Source of the DNA: Klebsormidium nitens
Taxonomy: Eukaryota > Plantae > Klebsormidiophyceae
NCBI GenBank assembly: GCA_000708835.1
Contig: DF237086.1
Coordinates: 1-64,000 of the forward strand
DNA length: 64,000 nt
Direction: 5' to 3'
Position numbers and translations under genes: made by a program. Position 1 is the stretch's first letter, and every line of letters begins with the position of its first letter. Of the stretch, positions 60,992 through 64,000 are shown piece by piece. The notes below the pieces were generated by a model. It was given only the letters and a program-made list of their open reading frames with translations, was not told the origin of the DNA and made no database searches.

Positions 60992-61263
60992 CCGTCAATC
61001 TGCCTGGAGGTGTTTGTGGCAGTGCTTGCCACGTACTACCGGCCAGGTCCAGCCACGTAAGGCTGGACCTGGCCGGCAGAAACGGGAGATGGACCGGTGC
61101 CGAAGGCACCCCACCGGCTGGAAACCGGGAGAAACTGCCTGGCACTCAGGCAAAATTGGTGCCCAGTGGCTTGTCCCGCCTGGCCAACCGGTAGTAATTG
61201 TGGGGGAGCCGGTAGGCAGCCGGCACCGGTACACGTTGGTGGCAAGCCCTGGGCAACTTACGG
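60992..61263. mobile_element. Small TA-flanked MITE-like element with an internal 16-bp perfect hairpin
   Basis: TA|CCGTCAATCTGCC ... GGGCAACTTACGG|TA imperfect TIRs. Hairpin CCGGCCAGGTCCAGCC-acgtaa-GGCTGGACCTGGCCGG (61039-61076). Inner inverted pair TACTACCGG (61034) / CCGGTAGTA (61188-61196). Confidence 0.5.
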
Positions 61264-61869
61264 TACTGACAGTCAAACTTCAAAGGTTGGGTCAAACCTA
61301 ACCGTACAGTCCGTACTAAATACCTAATTCCCGGGGTCTTTTGATGTTGTCACTTCCATGCAACAAACCGCGCAGATTCTGTCGATCAATTTTGGCGCAT
61401 GCGAAGTTTCGCGCCGGCCGGCCAGGCTGAGGCGCCGGCATTGGGCAACCCCCCGGTTGTGGCGACCTGTCACCTCTGCCTGACCTCTGCCTGACCTCTA
61501 CATGCCTATTGAGAGCATTGTGCGGCTCAGCCAATTCATAGCAGCTGGCTGCTCCTGGCCGGCCGGGCAACGCCGGCCCACGGGCCGGCCAGCTGCCACG
61601 CCAACTTTGGGGACTCGGAACTTCAAGTTGAAGCCGGCCGAGCGCAACTTTCATTCGGCTGCGGCCAGCTGTGCGCGGCGCATGCGAGCGTCGGAGCGTC
61701 ACCTAAGAGCATCATCGTACGGTGCCTACCGGTAACCGTTCGCTCTAGTCTCATGGCCAGGGATTACCGTGGTCCGTGAATCTACCGACGGTCGTTCCTT
61801 CCGAGTCGCAGTGCCGGCCACTGCGCCAGGCAACTCCCTTGTCTCGTATCAGGGGCCCGGGCACAACAA

Positions 61870-61960
61870 ACTAAAAACCCTAACCCAAAAACTTACGCGC
61901 TCCGCACCCAGTTGCCCACCCTAACCACCTTGAAATCAACCCTACCTACCCGTCCCGTCC
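61870..61960 (-). mobile_element. G-rich interspersed repeat, copy 4 (inverted, intergenic)
   Basis: Reverse complement reads GGGACGGGTAGGTAGGGTTGATTTCAAGGTGGTTAGGGTGGGCAACTGGGTGCGGAGCG..GGTTAGGGTTTTTAG. Confidence 0.6.
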
Positions 61961-62490
61961 CCCGGCTTATGAACCTTTCGAGACTCAGGCCCAGCTGGGT
62001 AACAAGGGAGTTGCCACAACATCATCATGGTGCCAGTGACTCGCCCTGCAGAATTGCCGCATGCCTGCGTGTGCACAAGAGAGTGTGCAGTGTGCACACG
62101 TCGTCAGCACAACGGCCAAACACCTGTACTAGACCTCATGAGGCTCGGGCTACCTACAGGCTAGGACCACCGTACCTATTTGCACTTTGATGCCAATTGA
62201 ACAATGCTTCCACAATGCTCTACTAGTACCTCTGTCCCACGATGTCACAATGACCATAATTTCGACCCTCGCAACAGCCTCTTCTCAGTGGACCTTCTTT
62301 CTGCCGGGGACATTTGTGAGACATAGTTGAAGAGCTGGATGCGCTGGTGCCTACGCCCGTGCTCTCGCGATCTGTGTGATACAAAGGCATTGCCGATGAG
62401 CAGATCGAGAGCTGTCGAAGAAGTGCCCGCGGAGCTGATTGCAAGCCTTCAAGGTCGGGTGCGCCAAGGTGAAGGAGGTTGACACAAGCC

Positions 62491-64000
62491 ATGGCTGCTG
62501 GCAATGTCCCCGACATGGCTCCATTATGCGTCATTCCAAAGAGCAGGGCAATTGGCCCACATTGTCAAACCAAGGCACCCCTCGTGAAGGTGCTGCTCTG
62601 GACCGCACATTTCCTGTTGCTGTCTCTTGCGGGGAGCGCTGCTGCGCAGGGCCTGATCCCCGTGCCCGCGACAGTGACGCGCGAGCTCGGCGCGTACTAC
62701 ATCAGCAAGCTGGGGCTGGCGGAGGGGGGCCTGGAATATTACGCGATTCTGTCGCAACGCAATGTCGGCAGCGACAACGCTTACCTGCAGATCAACGGTC
62801 TGCCGGCGGCCGACTCCCCCAGAGATGCAGCGCATAAATTGTCCAACGTGCGGGGCGTTTACACGGCACAGTCGCTTGGGGGAAAGGTGACAGTCGAGAG
62901 CTTTTACCGCCTACTGCGATGCGAGGACAGCACGTGCTTCACAATCAGCAGGCTGGCAGCAGCTGAGCTGGGGGGGGGGGCATATGGGCCAACATACCCC
63001 CTGACTCTGGTCAAGACGACAATGGGGAGTTCTTCCTGGCTCATCAATGCAAATCAGGGGGCTGTGAATTCTCTCCTGGCCTCCAATGGGGAGCGGCTGT
63101 ACAAAGATGCGGTCTTCAAGAGTTTCAGTCTGTATCACAAGCTGGTCACGAGGCCCAACCCCTGTAGTTCGGCGCTCCCCCTGACCCAGGCAGGCTCCCT
63201 TGCAGAGATCAAGGGCCTGCCTGGCTTTACGTGCATGAATTTGAGCGGGGCTGGCATAGTCGTTGCGACGTCAAGTGCTGTCATAACAAGCTGGATGGAC
63301 TCCAACGCCCTACCATGGAGCCAGTGCAACGGTTCGATGTTCCGTATGTATCAATCGCAGTACAATGTGGGGCCGAGTATTTGGAGGGTCATCCAAAGCC
63401 CAGGCAAGGTGCCGCTAACTATTCAGATCGACCTTCCGCCAAACACGCAGTCGTGCTATCTCTTCTTGACCATCGCCAACATCCTGCGAGCAGTCCTGGC
63501 GGTTCGCCAGTTCCCCTTTGACACGTCGGTGGGGCCCAAGGACGAGATCCTGCCCGCACTTGCCAGACTTGGGTTCAATGGCACCTGCGGACCAAGATTC
63601 GTTTACGGCTGGTATGGTGCATTCTCCGCGGGCCAGTTGGAGGCGCTGACTGAAGGCAACCCGGATCCAGACTTTGTAGCCTCGTTTCTGCCGTACAACA
63701 CAGCGCCGCCTGAGGTGTGCGTTTCAATGCTGGGCCAAAATCAACCTGCGGATGGCCTAAGGGCTGAGTCAGAGGACCAGTGCGCTCAGGTGTATTTCGG
63801 AAATGAGAGCCAAGTGCGGGAGGGCATCATCACGTCCAGGCAGCTCAGCCCCAATGCGTCGGCATCTGATGTTTCCTCTTACAAGTCGGATGTCGAAAGC
63901 GAGTGTGCCAGTTACAACCTCGGCATTGATCTGGTGCTGCCCCAAATTGCGGTGGATTTTGAGGCGGAGAAGAACCTTATGGCGTCATCCTCTGAGGTGA
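62491..64000 (+). CDS. Predicted secreted or membrane glycoprotein of unknown family (5' part; runs off the window)
   Basis: Hand translation from ATG 62491 has no stop to the window end (503 codons; in-frame TGA upstream at 62470). Signal-peptide-like KVLLWTAHFLLLSLAGSAAA|QG, sequons NLS, NGS, NGT, NES and NAS, spaced Cys. Possible donor GAG|GTGA at 63997. Probably missing from the ORF track because it has no stop codon in the window. Confidence 0.85.
   Translation, partial: MAAGNVPDMAPLCVIPKSRAIGPHCQTKAPLVKVLLWTAHFLLLSLAGSAAAQGLIPVPATVTRELGAYYISKLGLAEGGLEYYAILSQRNVGSDNAYLQINGLPAADSPRDAAHKLSNVRGVYTAQSLGGKVTVESFYRLLRCEDSTCFTISRLAAAELGGGAYGPTYPLTLVKTTMGSSSWLINANQGAVNSLLASNGERLYKDAVFKSFSLYHKLVTRPNPCSSALPLTQAGSLAEIKGLPGFTCMNLSGAGIVVATSSAVITSWMDSNALPWSQCNGSMFRMYQSQYNVGPSIWRVIQSPGKVPLTIQIDLPPNTQSCYLFLTIANILRAVLAVRQFPFDTSVGPKDEILPALARLGFNGTCGPRFVYGWYGAFSAGQLEALTEGNPDPDFVASFLPYNTAPPEVCVSMLGQNQPADGLRAESEDQCAQVYFGNESQVREGIITSRQLSPNASASDVSSYKSDVESECASYNLGIDLVLPQIAVDFEAEKNLMASSSEV

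Overview
Eukaryotic, intron-rich nuclear DNA. The genes are land-plant-like and the introns GT-AG with (T/C)GCAG acceptors, so the source is probably a streptophyte green alga such as Klebsormidium (inference). Most ORF-track entries are exon fragments or shadow frames. I rebuilt six spliced genes by hand: an N-myristoylation-type EF-hand protein (+, 6299-8728), a D27-like beta-carotene isomerase (-, 9685-12835), CYP97C/LUT1 (+, 13531-20911, one GC-AG intron), a MYBS3/KUA1-type CCHC-MYB factor (+, 23326-27303), an AMP1/LAMP1-type glutamate carboxypeptidase II (+, 29357-38011) and eIF2B-beta (+, 38786-49023). The D27-like gene and CYP97C sit head-to-head. A seventh gene, a signal-peptide glycoprotein of unrecognised family, is open for at least 503 codons from 62491 to the window end and is absent from the ORF track. 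The most striking pattern is recurrent splice-junction echoes. In four of the six genes, exon ends together with their splice sites are locally duplicated into the neighbouring intron (2-4 copies, about 80-195 bp apart). The copies keep GT/AG, and every one I traced leads to a premature stop. Also present: a four-copy G-rich interspersed repeat, two MITE-like elements, minisatellites, and decayed coding relics at about 2-5 kb and 50-57 kb. All exon coordinates were read by eye and need RNA-seq confirmation.
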